Virus record (IMG/VR): IMGVR_UViG_3300032373_000068
Location: 1 to 34,852 of that record
Length of the DNA: 34,852 bases
Reading direction: 5' to 3' (one strand)
Source of the DNA: a virus
Lineage: Duplodnaviria > Caudoviricetes
In this document: in pieces, positions 34,735 through 34,852 of the stretch
Layout of the letters: each line of letters opens with the position of its first letter
Numbering within the stretch: the first letter of the stretch is position 1
The notes under the pieces: generated by a model
What the model was told of the DNA's origin: nothing
Databases searched by the model: none
What the model saw: only the letters and a program-made list of their open reading frames with translations
Translations under genes and position numbers: made by a program

Positions 34735-34852
34735 TGGAAAATAGATATGGTGTTGATGTCACTTATTTTGAGGCATGGAATGATAGGATTTTTAATAGCG
34801 AGAGTGGGCTAACTAACTACAAGCCAGATGAACTTGCACGAGAATTAGCAAG
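34734..34852 (+). CDS. 5' part of a hypothetical protein (runs off window end)
   Basis: TGATG coupling; MENRYGVDVTYFEAWNDRIFNSESGLTNYKPDELARELA.., open to the edge. Confidence 0.6.
   Translation, partial: MENRYGVDVTYFEAWNDRIFNSESGLTNYKPDELARELA

Noticed and set aside
1-34852. Alternative genetic code or stop-codon readthrough
   Set aside because: Core genes (TerL, portal, capsid, nozzle) are full length in the standard code, and TAA, TAG and TGA all serve as stops.

Overview
The window is a large, possibly near-complete, genome of a short-tailed (podovirus-type) dsDNA phage of a Gram-negative host; the host type is inferred from the Rz/Rz1 spanins and an outer-membrane beta-barrel gene. A long minus-strand arm (about 29.9 kb to 0.25 kb) encodes, in order: a Cro-like regulator, a DUF1376-type replication initiator, a ParB-methyltransferase fusion, terminase small and large subunits, portal, an ADP-ribosyltransferase-fold protein, scaffold, major capsid, tail adaptor and nozzle, a GNAT protein, ejection proteins (one with an S74 chaperone domain), a beta-helix tailspike, tail fibre-like proteins, a PagL-like lipid A deacylase, and a lysis cassette (M15 endolysin, holin, spanins). 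A plus-strand early arm (30.0 kb to the end, apparently resuming at 1-256) holds small genes, a Gp3-like protein and a Cas4-like PD-(D/E)XK nuclease. A RusA resolvase sits alone on the plus strand between two leftward units. I saw no integrase, CI-type repressor, helicase, polymerase or CRISPR array. The most notable observations are the PagL-like gene in the late operon, a 66-nt tRNA-like element lacking a D-arm, an 18-bp operator-like palindrome repeated at two divergent promoter regions, a structured 5' leader ahead of the replication genes, and a stand-alone ART-fold gene between portal and scaffold. All family calls come from reading motifs by eye; no database search was run.
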